A DNA stretch of 64,000 nucleotides, from positions 1-64,000 of the IMG/VR virus record IMGVR_UViG_3300017917_000332. One strand, 5' to 3'. Every line of letters starts with the position of its first letter. The stretch's first letter is position 1. Source of the DNA: a virus. Below the pieces are notes generated by a model. It made no database searches. It saw only the letters and a list, made by a program, of their open reading frames with translations, and had not been told where the DNA came from. Below are positions 19,111 through 28,340 of the stretch, in pieces. The translations under genes and the position numbers were made by a program.

Positions 19111-20123
19111 ACGTTGTAAAAGTTCTTCAAAAATGGCCTAACGACACGTTACGCATCGAAATGATGATCGGTAACACTTGTAATTACAAGTGTTGGTACT
19201 GCTTTCCCGGTAGTAACGAAGGCACACATCGCTGGCCAGACTTTGAAAGATTTAAAACCAATACACATCATTTGCTGAAGTATTACCAAGAACAGCTAGG
19301 AAAAAATAAGTTTGAAATACATTTCATCGGCGGCGAACCAACGCTGTGGCCTGAACTCGGCGAGTATGTAAAGTATCTCAAAGAGAATTTTAATGTGGTA
19401 ACTTCTATGAGTACTAACGGATCAAGAACGATTCGTTGGTGGAAAGAATACGGAAAGTACTTTGATAAAGTAGTTATAAGCTGTCATTACGAAGCAATTG
19501 ATGTACAGCATGTATGCGATGTTGGAGATATTTTATACGATCAAAAAGTTATTGTCGGCGGATTAGTATTAATGGATCCTAACAACTGGGACAAGTGTTG
19601 GGAAGTCATGAAAGGTGTCTGTAAAAGTAAAAGGAGTTGGGGTGTTGACCTTCAAGAACTTTACGTACAAGGCCAAAAGATTGAATATACCCCTGAACAA
19701 ATAAAACTCTTAAGAAAGCATCGCTTTAGACAAATAAACATTTTTCACTTTTTTAAAAATAACAAACACACTCTACAAAGAGTGAAAGTTGAATTTGAAA
19801 ACGGTAAAACTCAACGAGTAAAAAGCAACGAGATTATTCTAAACAAGTGGAATAAGTTTAAAGGTTGGGACTGTAATCTTGGCATTGACAGTATTTTTAT
19901 CAGTAAAGAAGGATACGTTACAGGTGCCTGCGGTGAAAAACTTTACAACCTTGACTTTAAATATAATATTATGGATCAAGACTTTCCACAAAAGTTCAAT
20001 CCATCAATTACCACAACTACCTGTTATCAAGAAAATTGCTGGTGTCAACCAGAGTCTAACTTAACTAAGAGTCAAGAAAATCCTGTTTACACTAAAAAGA
20101 TTATTCCGATACTACCTGTTTAG
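19107..20123 (+). CDS. Radical SAM/SPASM enzyme, type C
   Basis: CNYKCWYC, GGEPT, STNG, C-terminal WDCNLG…AC…CYQENCWC. Confidence 0.9.
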   Translation: MNVVKVLQKWPNDTLRIEMMIGNTCNYKCWYCFPGSNEGTHRWPDFERFKTNTHHLLKYYQEQLGKNKFEIHFIGGEPTLWPELGEYVKYLKENFNVVTSMSTNGSRTIRWWKEYGKYFDKVVISCHYEAIDVQHVCDVGDILYDQKVIVGGLVLMDPNNWDKCWEVMKGVCKSKRSWGVDLQELYVQGQKIEYTPEQIKLLRKHRFRQINIFHFFKNNKHTLQRVKVEFENGKTQRVKSNEIILNKWNKFKGWDCNLGIDSIFISKEGYVTGACGEKLYNLDFKYNIMDQDFPQKFNPSITTTTCYQENCWCQPESNLTKSQENPVYTKKIIPILPV

Positions 20124-20994
20124 TAATAGGAATATCTGCGGCACACGTACACCAGTCTCTAGTACATATAACTGGATCGCTAGGAGCAACAAAGCTATCT
20201 TCATAAATGTTGCCTAGGCTACCACCAACTCTACAAGTTGCTCGATGTACTTCCCCATCCCAATTGATCATGAGGCTTTCGAGACCGGCGTTACATGTCC
20301 AGTCTTTATACTTGTTTAGATGTAACTTAATCACATCGTTAGCATGTATTACTTGTTCGTTATCAATTACACAGTTACCTTGAACTGTAGCATCTTGTTC
20401 TTTAATCCATGCTAGGTCATCTGGGTGATAACGCATGTCGTCAAACAGATTATGATCGCCTTCTGTCCATCGAATTCGTCTTACGGTACACGGAATACTG
20501 TCATGTATCAATAGTCCCCTAACAAACTTAACTTGATGCATGTAGTCATGATGCGACATAATCTGACCAATGAGTTTTTTATTAGATTTTTCTGCTAACT
20601 GTTGTAATGTTTTAACTACTCTTCGCCACTCGAATTCAAAATGTATGCTAAACACATACTGTTCTACTGGTAATGATTGATAAAACTCAAACGGTAAAGT
20701 GCCGTTAGTTGTTACACTGATCCAACTAACACCTTTATACTTTGCATACTTTACTAGTTCGTAAAACTTAGGGTGTACACAGGGTTCGCCGCCTGTGAAA
20801 CTTAGGCGAACGGGTTTATTTAAAGACACTAGTTTATCTATAGCAGACTTTAACACTTCTATATCAGTGTGCGGACTAGAATTGTCATGTATCGAACTTG
20901 GACAATAGCTACAATCGTAATTGCAACGTTTGCCTAAGTTCCATTCAACCTTAATGCTATCTTGATGAGGCCAACGACTAGTTACCTTAAACAT
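20101..20994 (-). CDS. Radical SAM/SPASM enzyme, type C
   Basis: CNYDCSYC, GGEP, TTNG, WTCNAG…ATC…CTRDWCTCAAD. Confidence 0.9.
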   Translation of the reverse strand: MFKVTSRWPHQDSIKVEWNLGKRCNYDCSYCPSSIHDNSSPHTDIEVLKSAIDKLVSLNKPVRLSFTGGEPCVHPKFYELVKYAKYKGVSWISVTTNGTLPFEFYQSLPVEQYVFSIHFEFEWRRVVKTLQQLAEKSNKKLIGQIMSHHDYMHQVKFVRGLLIHDSIPCTVRRIRWTEGDHNLFDDMRYHPDDLAWIKEQDATVQGNCVIDNEQVIHANDVIKLHLNKYKDWTCNAGLESLMINWDGEVHRATCRVGGSLGNIYEDSFVAPSDPVICTRDWCTCAADIPITKQVVSE

Positions 20995-22252
20995 AAGGTT
21001 TAAACTCCGGAACTGCTTGAAGAAGATCTTGATTTCTAGTTTTATCTAATCTTCGATTAAATTCTAAAAAGTCATTCCATAGATGACTTTGATCTTTAGC
21101 ACGTAGATAGTTAATGTTATCTTTTATCTGTTGCTGTGTGATTTTTTCTAGTATAGGATACTTCTCGACGTTGCTAAAAGTAAACACACGACTTGCTATT
21201 GCTTCGAGCCTAGATATTGCTAGTTCTTTTAGATCTTGTGGCAAGACTTGTGCTGACAATACATTAGGATAACTAACTCTATGGCTATAAAAGACAATGT
21301 TTAAGTGATTGATGAAATAATCAATACATTCCGCTGCCTGTAATATATTACCCGCTTGGGCTGTGAATGCCCCGACAACTCTACTAACATTTGGTATCGT
21401 TTGTATTTCTCTAATGTTAGCCTCCACTTGAGAAAAGTTACCGTTACCACGAATGTAATTATAAACATCGTGAATGCCGTCAATGCTAACATTAACGGCA
21501 ACTGACTTAAAATAAGGCCAATAGTCATGAATTGTTCTTCCTTTGCTTATACCTAGTGTTGTTCCATTGGTTGCATACTTGATTTCAATACTCTTTCCAT
21601 AAGGTTTAAGCATATCTAAAATCTTATAGTGATGAGGATCCATTAACGGCTCACCGCCCGCAAATTCTACACGCCTAAAATGTGGAAGTAACTTTTCAAA
21701 ACTAGCCCACCATTTATCTGTATCATCAAATGGTCCAATATATTGTCCAGGCTTCTGAACTAATTTTCCAATAGTTGGCACTAGATAGTTGTTTTCTTTT
21801 TCGTAAAAGGGTTTTACTTCGTCCCAGTCTTGCCAGCTAGTGCTGTCTAAAGGATTGCACATTCTGCATTTTAGATTGCAGAGGTTATTAATTTTAATTT
21901 CCATTGTAGGAAATTCAAAAGGCAATGTATAGTTGTCAGTTAACTGATCAAGTGCTGTTGGATATAAGTTTATTCTAGCTTCGGGTATGACGCCGTTGAT
22001 GTGTCGTTGTCTTAGACTTTCAACGCCCTGATCTTCTAGATCAAAACAAGGCTTACATACATCAGGACGCCCTCCGTTTAAGACTTGTCGTCTAACTTCT
22101 TGCATCTTAGAATTGTTCCATACCTCTTCTAAGCTATTTTCTTGTATCCAGCCAATAGGTTGACTGCGGCAACATATTTTAATTGCACCGTCTTCTCGTG
22201 TTGCCAGTCCTGTAAAAGGATGCATACAGAATGTCTTACTTTGATTGTTCAA
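20987..22252 (-). CDS. Radical SAM enzyme, type A
   Basis: FCMHPF…ICC…CKPCF; CNLKCRMC; GGEP. Probable TTG start at 22252, overlapping the upstream gene's end. Confidence 0.88.
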   Translation of the reverse strand: MNNQSKTFCMHPFTGLATREDGAIKICCRSQPIGWIQENSLEEVWNNSKMQEVRRQVLNGGRPDVCKPCFDLEDQGVESLRQRHINGVIPEARINLYPTALDQLTDNYTLPFEFPTMEIKINNLCNLKCRMCNPLDSTSWQDWDEVKPFYEKENNYLVPTIGKLVQKPGQYIGPFDDTDKWWASFEKLLPHFRRVEFAGGEPLMDPHHYKILDMLKPYGKSIEIKYATNGTTLGISKGRTIHDYWPYFKSVAVNVSIDGIHDVYNYIRGNGNFSQVEANIREIQTIPNVSRVVGAFTAQAGNILQAAECIDYFINHLNIVFYSHRVSYPNVLSAQVLPQDLKELAISRLEAIASRVFTFSNVEKYPILEKITQQQIKDNINYLRAKDQSHLWNDFLEFNRRLDKTRNQDLLQAVPEFKPYV

Positions 22253-22952
22253 TTGCCCACTCTCGTTCTTTACACCAAAAACATTTCCCGCACGTTGGCA
22301 CAAACTGTCCCGGTGTGTAGGTCTCATAAGTTATGTTTGGAAATTCGCCTTCACAACTTCTGGTTAAGTTTAACAACTTTTCAAGACCTAATTCTTTATA
22401 TTTTAACACAATCCAACTCTTATCTACAAACCTAAAAGGATGACAAGCTAACTTGCCCAAATGAATCATTTTTTCTAAATGCCTGTTATCATTAGTTGGA
22501 TCGATATTTCTTGCTTCTGGACCGCCTTCGACATTTTTAGGATTTCGAGTAACTCCGTTAAAGTATGCATCGACGTCGTAGGTAATGCATACGTATTCTG
22601 CAAAAGATCTTAATTCTAAAGTATCACCGCTAACAGTTTTACCATACTCATCTGTTATCATTGTACCATAGGCGTGTTCCATTTCTGGAGGTATAAAATT
22701 AGTATGTAACTCAAAGTTTATATGAACAAACTCTTGTCTTAACCAATTATAAACATTTTTAAAATCTTGTTGTTGCCAAGGTTTAGTTTTCCAGCACCGT
22801 ATGTTATTAATAATGTGTACGGTAAACGGCTCAACACTATTATCTTTAACTGTTTGGCATACCATATAAGCCAACAAGGCACTGTCAGCACCGCCGCTAA
22901 CGGCAATAGCAACGCTTCTCCAATCTTTGCTAAACGGTATTTCAACTTTCAT
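22236..22952 (-). CDS. QueC-like PP-loop ATPase (adenine nucleotide alpha-hydrolase superfamily)
   Basis: VSGGADS PP-loop; C-terminal TRSC…CGKCFWCKER Zn site as in QueC; YGQ/PxRN motifs not seen. Confidence 0.7.
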   Translation of the reverse strand: MKVEIPFSKDWRSVAIAVSGGADSALLAYMVCQTVKDNSVEPFTVHIINNIRCWKTKPWQQQDFKNVYNWLRQEFVHINFELHTNFIPPEMEHAYGTMITDEYGKTVSGDTLELRSFAEYVCITYDVDAYFNGVTRNPKNVEGGPEARNIDPTNDNRHLEKMIHLGKLACHPFRFVDKSWIVLKYKELGLEKLLNLTRSCEGEFPNITYETYTPGQFVPTCGKCFWCKEREWAIEQSK

Positions 22953-22963
22953 AAGTATAATTA
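22952..22963. promoter_or_regulatory. Interdigitated divergent late-type promoter motifs
   Basis: TAAGTA 22952-22957 lies 5 nt before + ATG 22963; palindromic TAATTA 22958-22963 lies 5 nt before - ATG 22952. Confidence 0.5.
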
Positions 22964-23640
22964 TGCTCACAAAACTTCCACAGAAATTTTCTATAGACCC
23001 AATAGTTGATCAAGTTAACAACTTATCTTTTGAAAAAAGATTGGATCTTAATCGTCCAACTGGTAAGTTTTTTAACGACCCTTGGGAAACATTGTCAGAA
23101 TTTCAAAACACTCCAATTGGCGAAGTTTTAAATACAGTTGGATCAATTGGGCAAGCAAGACTTTTAAAGTTAGAATCTGCTGAAAGTTATACTGCTCATG
23201 CTGACCCCGACGATAGAATACATCTTGCTATTGTTACTAATCCGTATAGTTTTTTAGTTGACATAACCGATAATCATCTACATCATTTGCCAGCTGACGG
23301 TCAGCTTTGGTATATGGATACTGGGAAGATTCATGTTGCGGCAAACTGGGGAGCCACTACACGAATACACTTAAACATTAGGGTATTATTACCTAAACTA
23401 GATAGATCTAAAGAAGTTCTACAGATTAAAGTGCTTAGTGGCGGTTTTGATTGGAAACAAGCATCTTACTTGCCAATTATGAAACTAGTTAATAAAGATG
23501 TAAAGTCTGGAAACATTACTGGATTTGAGTCAAGCAACGAAAAAGAACTTTTCTTAAACATAAACGACAAGTCTGAGATTATTAAGATGCTAGAGAATAT
23601 AAAGCAACACGGTATAGATATAATTACCAATACTTTATAG
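22963..23640 (+). CDS. AspH-like Fe(II)/2OG oxygenase with C-terminal extension
   Basis: YTAHADPDDRIHLAI…MDTGKIHVAAN…RIHL. Confidence 0.7.
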   Translation: MLTKLPQKFSIDPIVDQVNNLSFEKRLDLNRPTGKFFNDPWETLSEFQNTPIGEVLNTVGSIGQARLLKLESAESYTAHADPDDRIHLAIVTNPYSFLVDITDNHLHHLPADGQLWYMDTGKIHVAANWGATTRIHLNIRVLLPKLDRSKEVLQIKVLSGGFDWKQASYLPIMKLVNKDVKSGNITGFESSNEKELFLNINDKSEIIKMLENIKQHGIDIITNTL

Positions 23641-24730
23641 GATCTTCTTTCTTAACAGTTCCCTCAACTAATTGTTTAAGATTAGTTGAACAACTCTTAA
23701 CACATACTAATTTCTTATCAGTTGTAAAGTGCTTGGGCAAGGTTTCATTCCAATTTGAGTCTAACAATACTTGTATAATGTTAGAACCATGCAATGATGG
23801 AATACCAATATCTTGTTTGATATCTTCTCCGGATATGCGCAATCTTTCTCTGATAATAAAGTCTGCGCCAGTAGTTGGTAAATGCTCTGCTGTCATTAAA
23901 CTACCAACGAAACAACATGGCCATACTTCTCCAAGCGCATTTACAAATAAATCTTTTCCTGTTGCACACTTGGCATCGATAATAGAATCATCAATCATCT
24001 TTTTGTAGACTTCTTTATCAACTAGTCTAACAAAATTTGGTTGCATTACTTTTTCGCCAAACTCAGGAAGTGTTGGACTTTGAATGTAGTATTCAATGTT
24101 TCCTTGCTTATCTTTAACGGGATAATTTTCTAATCCGTAAAATCTTTGTGTTGGTTTTAAAGCAACTTCGTCAAAGCCTAGACCTAATAGAAAGTCTTTT
24201 AGCTCGTGGACTCTAGCTTCATTATGCTTAAAAATAATAGTATCGGACTTTGCTCGGCCACCGGCTGCAATATATGTCTTTGCATTTTCAATAACCTTAG
24301 ACCAACTAGTGTTTCTTCTGTAGATTTCGTGTTCACCTTCAAACCCGTCAATGGCAAAAATAACATGACCTCTATTGCCAAGGACCTTAGCAAGACTTGT
24401 CCACCAGTCTTTGTTTCTTAGACTGCCGTTAGTGTGTATGTCAAGTCTACAGGTTTCTTTTGTGTTCTCTACAAGGTACTGAAAAATTTCTAAACAATCT
24501 CTAGCAAGTAGGGGATCTCCGTTATTGCCGCAGGCATAAAAGTGATCCAACTGCATTAGAAACTCTCTAGGAAACCACTGTTTAAATTCTTCTAACGAAA
24601 TTTCTACGTTTCTAATATGACTTCTTTCTGCACCACCAAATACGTTTCTTGGACACATAGGACACGCGGCTTGGCACTTATCAGTCAGCTCGATATGTAC
24701 TGATTTAATGTTATAAGGATATACTTGCAT
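23624..24730 (-). CDS. Radical SAM/SPASM enzyme, type B
   Basis: CQAACPMCPR, CGNNGDP, HTNGS, FAIDG, FKHNE, G.VWPCC, CVKSC. Confidence 0.9.
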   Translation of the reverse strand: MQVYPYNIKSVHIELTDKCQAACPMCPRNVFGGAERSHIRNVEISLEEFKQWFPREFLMQLDHFYACGNNGDPLLARDCLEIFQYLVENTKETCRLDIHTNGSLRNKDWWTSLAKVLGNRGHVIFAIDGFEGEHEIYRRNTSWSKVIENAKTYIAAGGRAKSDTIIFKHNEARVHELKDFLLGLGFDEVALKPTQRFYGLENYPVKDKQGNIEYYIQSPTLPEFGEKVMQPNFVRLVDKEVYKKMIDDSIIDAKCATGKDLFVNALGEVWPCCFVGSLMTAEHLPTTGADFIIRERLRISGEDIKQDIGIPSLHGSNIIQVLLDSNWNETLPKHFTTDKKLVCVKSCSTNLKQLVEGTVKKEDPIKYW

Positions 24731-25331
24731 CGCGTTTTCCAATAATCATAAATCTTTTATATAAGGGTAACTCTAGTTCGCCGGCCCAGATAACATTTAA
24801 ACGACTTTGATCTTTAAACTGTTCTAAAGATTCAGCTATCCTTACGTGTTCTGGTATTTGATAGTTGTTAGACTGCAACACAATCAAACTATCTAAAGGT
24901 AATTTAGATAGCCACTTATCGTATTGCTCTTGTGTAATGTGTTCAAAGCTAGTGTTGATAATAATGTCAGCGCGACTATTGTATTCGCACATATCAGCAG
25001 TTACAGCACGAAACCGTCCTGTTTGTAGTTCTAGCTGATTCATTGTGTTGGCAATCTCTTCGCAGGTTGGGTCTATGTCAATACTGGTTATTCTTTCAAT
25101 AAACATAGTGCTTTGAAACATCAAACTTGCTAGAGTGCCTACCCAACCTCCGTGAATGTCTATAGTTGGCCAATCTTTATGATGATATCGTTGCTTCTGT
25201 AGCTCATCAATAAGCCATTCTTTACTACGTATCTGTCCCTTCCAGAATGCGTCCATAGTACGCATAGGATCTTTGCTGTTTCTAATAGCTAACATCCAGT
25301 AATGGATGTGATCGAGGTCAAGCTCTATCAA
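24711..25331 (-). CDS. Class I SAM-dependent methyltransferase-like protein
   Basis: IDIHGGWVG (motif I variant), SIDID, TADM, INTSFEH. Confidence 0.65.
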   Translation of the reverse strand: MIELDLDHIHYWMLAIRNSKDPMRTMDAFWKGQIRSKEWLIDELQKQRYHHKDWPTIDIHGGWVGTLASLMFQSTMFIERITSIDIDPTCEEIANTMNQLELQTGRFRAVTADMCEYNSRADIIINTSFEHITQEQYDKWLSKLPLDSLIVLQSNNYQIPEHVRIAESLEQFKDQSRLNVIWAGELELPLYKRFMIIGKRDASISL

Positions 25332-26310
25332 ACTGTGCTCCTAGCTTATCAAATTTACCGCACTGTTTAGCACACTCTAACAAAGGCTCTTTGTCCCAAG
25401 TGTCTGATATCTTTCCAAAATATCCACTATCAAACATTTCTTTTAGAGACATTTTGTTAAGATTAGGAATAGTTCTAATACGATCCATATAGTCTACTCG
25501 AGAATCTTGCCTAGGCAAAATCCATTGGAAATCTAACCAACAGCAGGGACTTACGTTTCCGTTTGCCGCAACATAAAGTTGATTAGTTTGTTTTGCTTTA
25601 CAACTAATTGATGAAGGCTTAATCTCAATAATAGATTCTTGAACCTGCTGTATCATTCCAGAACTTCTTTCTGTAGGATAAATGATATGAGTAGTATAAC
25701 CTTCATCGTCGAGAACATGTAATTTGTTCCCTGTAAACCGTGAAGTATGTTTTGTAGTAAAGTGTTTGAATCCGTATTGCTCGCTAAGAGCTTTGCAGTC
25801 CTCTACTTGATGTTCGTTATGTTTAAAAACTAGCATGTGCCATTCAGCATTGCCACCTGCTTCGATAAATGCCTTAGCATTTTCAATAATCTTGTGCCAG
25901 TCCGTTGATATACGATATAAATGATGTGTGTCAGCTAGTCCATCTATGCCAAAAGTAGTTCTTACATCAAGTTTAGCAAGCTCTTTCCACCATTCGGTAG
26001 TCCTAGCACTTCCGTTAGTATGCATACTCAAAGCAATATTAGGGTTATGCTCTTTGAGATACTGATAAATTTCTAAAGTATCTTGGGCAATAATAGGATC
26101 GCCTAGGTTACCACACATGATTAAACTTCCTAGTTGCTTAACAAAGTCAACTGGGAACCATTCTTTAAACTGTTCAAGTGTAATCTCCTCAAGGTCAATT
26201 AACGGATTCATTATACCGCCATTGACTCTTCTAGGACACATAGGACACCTAGCTTGGCATTTAGATGTTACTTCAAGGTGTATAGATTTTATATCTTCGT
26301 AATTGTACAT
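25318..26310 (-). CDS. Radical SAM/SPASM enzyme, type B
   Basis: CQARCPMCPR, CGNLGDP, HTNGS, FGIDG, FKHNEHQ, VSPCC, CAKQC. Confidence 0.9.
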   Translation of the reverse strand: MYNYEDIKSIHLEVTSKCQARCPMCPRRVNGGIMNPLIDLEEITLEQFKEWFPVDFVKQLGSLIMCGNLGDPIIAQDTLEIYQYLKEHNPNIALSMHTNGSARTTEWWKELAKLDVRTTFGIDGLADTHHLYRISTDWHKIIENAKAFIEAGGNAEWHMLVFKHNEHQVEDCKALSEQYGFKHFTTKHTSRFTGNKLHVLDDEGYTTHIIYPTERSSGMIQQVQESIIEIKPSSISCKAKQTNQLYVAANGNVSPCCWLDFQWILPRQDSRVDYMDRIRTIPNLNKMSLKEMFDSGYFGKISDTWDKEPLLECAKQCGKFDKLGAQFDRA

Positions 26311-27287
26311 GTCTTTGGTATTTTCGAATCTGCTGAACTAACGCAACTAGGTGTAATACACTGTTGCGGTTGTTTAAACAATTCAAATCCTGTTGTTAGT
26401 GTGCCTAGTGGTTGATCGTGGCAACTGTAGCTACGTTTAACCTCGGCTCCCCTGATTATAACACTTTGATATCCAGCATTACAAGTCCAGTTGGTAAATT
26501 TATTAAATCCAAATGCATTAAATCTTTCAGCTTGATCAAACAAGTATTCTGTGTTGTCTTTGTCATACAGAGCAATTTGATAAACTTCTTCACCTTGAGA
26601 CTGTTGAGGGAAACCATTTTTCATTAAATGAATCATGTCTTCAGTATATCCATCAACTACTTGACTAGCAGTTGGATCGCTTTGTGGCTTTAGAGTAACG
26701 TTAATTCCTCTACTGTGCAGTCTAGACATCCTGTCGTAAAGCTCGTAGAACTTTTCTGGAACCATAACTTGATTAACAGTAACGTAGACGTTTTCGTCAA
26801 TAAGTTTTAAACACTTGTCTCCAAATTCAGATTCTTTAGCAAATTCTGCATGATAGCTGGCTGTAATACTTCTGCGCTGTAAAGCAGATGTTATACTTGC
26901 CCAGGTCTTCCACCAATTGATGCTGGGACTAAGATTAGTAGTCATGTGTATGCTTTGATATGGGCTGACTAAATCTTGTTCTAAATGTCTAGTTAGGTCT
27001 AGCAGTCTTTTATAAGCAGTAGGTTCCCCGCCACTAAAACTCCAATGAAATTCAGTAAATCCATTTTGGCGAGCTTGCCGTTTGATTTCATCAATAGTCT
27101 GAACATATAATTCAAATGATTGGTAATCGAGCTCATCGGACCTAGCATAGGGCCAGCAGTAAGAACATTTATAATTACAGAAGCGACCAAGTATCCAACT
27201 AACAGAAAACAATGGCCTATTGAGCATTGTCCTTTGTCCAAAACGGACAATATCCTTAAATGGTATAGTATCGAAGTTCATTGACAC
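26289..27287 (-). CDS. Radical SAM/SPASM enzyme, type C
   Basis: CNYKCSYC, SGGEPT, MTTN, WTCNAG…SC…CITPSCVSSAD; start may be ATG 27281. Confidence 0.9.
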   Translation of the reverse strand: MSMNFDTIPFKDIVRFGQRTMLNRPLFSVSWILGRFCNYKCSYCWPYARSDELDYQSFELYVQTIDEIKRQARQNGFTEFHWSFSGGEPTAYKRLLDLTRHLEQDLVSPYQSIHMTTNLSPSINWWKTWASITSALQRRSITASYHAEFAKESEFGDKCLKLIDENVYVTVNQVMVPEKFYELYDRMSRLHSRGINVTLKPQSDPTASQVVDGYTEDMIHLMKNGFPQQSQGEEVYQIALYDKDNTEYLFDQAERFNAFGFNKFTNWTCNAGYQSVIIRGAEVKRSYSCHDQPLGTLTTGFELFKQPQQCITPSCVSSADSKIPKTCTITKI

Positions 27288-27309
27288 TATTTACAAACGA
27301 ATATATAAT
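27281..27309 (+). promoter_or_regulatory. Consensus sigma70 (early) promoter
   Basis: TTGACA 27281-27286, 17-bp spacer, TATAAT 27304-27309; predicted +1 falls at about the first base of the tRNA-like RNA. Confidence 0.85.
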
Positions 27310-27315
27310 TACAAT

Positions 27316-27424
27316 GTAGACGTGAGTGTAACTGGTAAACCTCCTCCAAAGGCTTCGGCCGGCGGAGGGTCCGGGGCTAGCCAATATGGCGCCTTTGTAG
27401 GTTCGAATCCTACCGTCTACACCA
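27316..27424 (+). ncRNA. 109-nt tRNA-like RNA lacking a canonical anticodon loop
   Basis: Acceptor stem GTAGACG/CGTCTAC plus A and encoded CCA; T arm GTAGG-TTCGAAT-CCTAC; D-loop-like AACTGGTAA; CCTCC/GGAGG stem enclosing GGC-TTCG-GCC; long variable arm. Confidence 0.85.
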
Positions 27425-27451
27425 AATAACTTAGGCACAGTAGAGGCAGAC

Positions 27452-27781
27452 ATGAGAAGAACGTTAGCAGTTTTGTTAGCAGTAGTTTCAACAGCTAGTT
27501 GGGCACAACTTGAAAAAAGTCCGTACGACACTTTCGATGCTACTAAAAAGATGTCAGAAACTGTAACTATTACATGGAAGACTGTGCCAAACGTACAAGA
27601 AGTTTGTAATAAAGAATCTAAAAGTAGAGGTAAAGGAACATTTGGTTATGCAGTCGACGCTTGTGCATTTTGGGACAAGAGTTTAAGCGGTACAGTCTGT
27701 ACTATTGTAACTAAACCAAGACCTAACTATTGGGACGTAGGACACGAAATGCGGCATTGTTTCCAAGGTAATTGGCACTAG
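27452..27781 (+). CDS. Secreted small protein with HExxH motif
   Basis: Signal peptide MRRTLAVLLAVVSTASWA; GHEMRHC near the C-terminus; GAGG SD. Confidence 0.6.
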   Translation: MRRTLAVLLAVVSTASWAQLEKSPYDTFDATKKMSETVTITWKTVPNVQEVCNKESKSRGKGTFGYAVDACAFWDKSLSGTVCTIVTKPRPNYWDVGHEMRHCFQGNWH

Positions 27782-27782
27782 A

Positions 27783-28340
27783 ATGAAAAAAGTTTCAAAA
27801 AGCCCAGAACGTCATACCTTTCAAAAAGAAGGGTACATAGAACGCCAGAAAGAAAAAGGCGAGCCTCTTAACGAGAGCTATCTCGAGATGTTTGATAAAA
27901 TCCTTGAACAAGATAAACATAAGTTCGACGATCCAGAATCTCACAAAGATAACTTAGAGTACGACTTACTTACTACTGATTGGATTTTAGAAAAAGTTCG
28001 TGCTAGCGAAGCCTATGCCCAAAATTTATATGCGGCTATGTGCAACAACGACTTTATACGCAGAGAAATGTGGCCCATTCTTAAAGAAGAAAAATGGAGT
28101 TGCTCTTGGAGGTATGCCGGTGGTATAATTGCAGATATGCGCCAAGAAGGTGACTACATTGATTGGTACTGTTCAGGCATGGGCGGACTCAATCGAGAGT
28201 ACGAAGGTGACGAAACTAACGAAGAATGGCAAAAGCGTACAGGGTATGTTCCCGAAAGTGTAGTGACTGACGAGATTGAAAAAGATTTAAATCAACTAGG
28301 ATGGATTGTGGTTAAATATGACGATGCAGAGAACATTTAA
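27783..28340 (+). CDS. Hypothetical phage protein
   Basis: 185-aa ORF in a co-directional operon. Confidence 0.7.
   Translation: MKKVSKSPERHTFQKEGYIERQKEKGEPLNESYLEMFDKILEQDKHKFDDPESHKDNLEYDLLTTDWILEKVRASEAYAQNLYAAMCNNDFIRREMWPILKEEKWSCSWRYAGGIIADMRQEGDYIDWYCSGMGGLNREYEGDETNEEWQKRTGYVPESVVTDEIEKDLNQLGWIVVKYDDAENI

Noticed and set aside
101-27287. Classical RiPP cluster with a short precursor peptide
   Set aside because: Intergenic gaps are too small, and I found no leader/core-like small ORF, RRE/PqqD domain, peptidase or exporter in the window. A precursor outside the window cannot be excluded.
19107-27287. Calling one of the type-C rSAMs QueE or MoaA
   Set aside because: They carry C-terminal Cys-rich SPASM-like domains and lack recognisable QueE or MoaA signature motifs; the specific function cannot be assigned by eye.
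27348-27383. Canonical tRNA-Arg(TCG), tRNA-Leu(TAG), tRNA-Sec or tmRNA assignment for the tRNA-like RNA
   Set aside because: Neither CTTCGGC nor the CTAG region sits in a 7-nt loop on a 5-bp stem. There is no TCA anticodon or 8-bp acceptor stem, and no G3:U70 pair or tag ORF.
27220-27531. ORFs 27220..27429(+) and 27256..27531(-)
   Set aside because: They overlap the tRNA-like RNA, its promoter and real genes; they are open only because the RNA is GC-rich.
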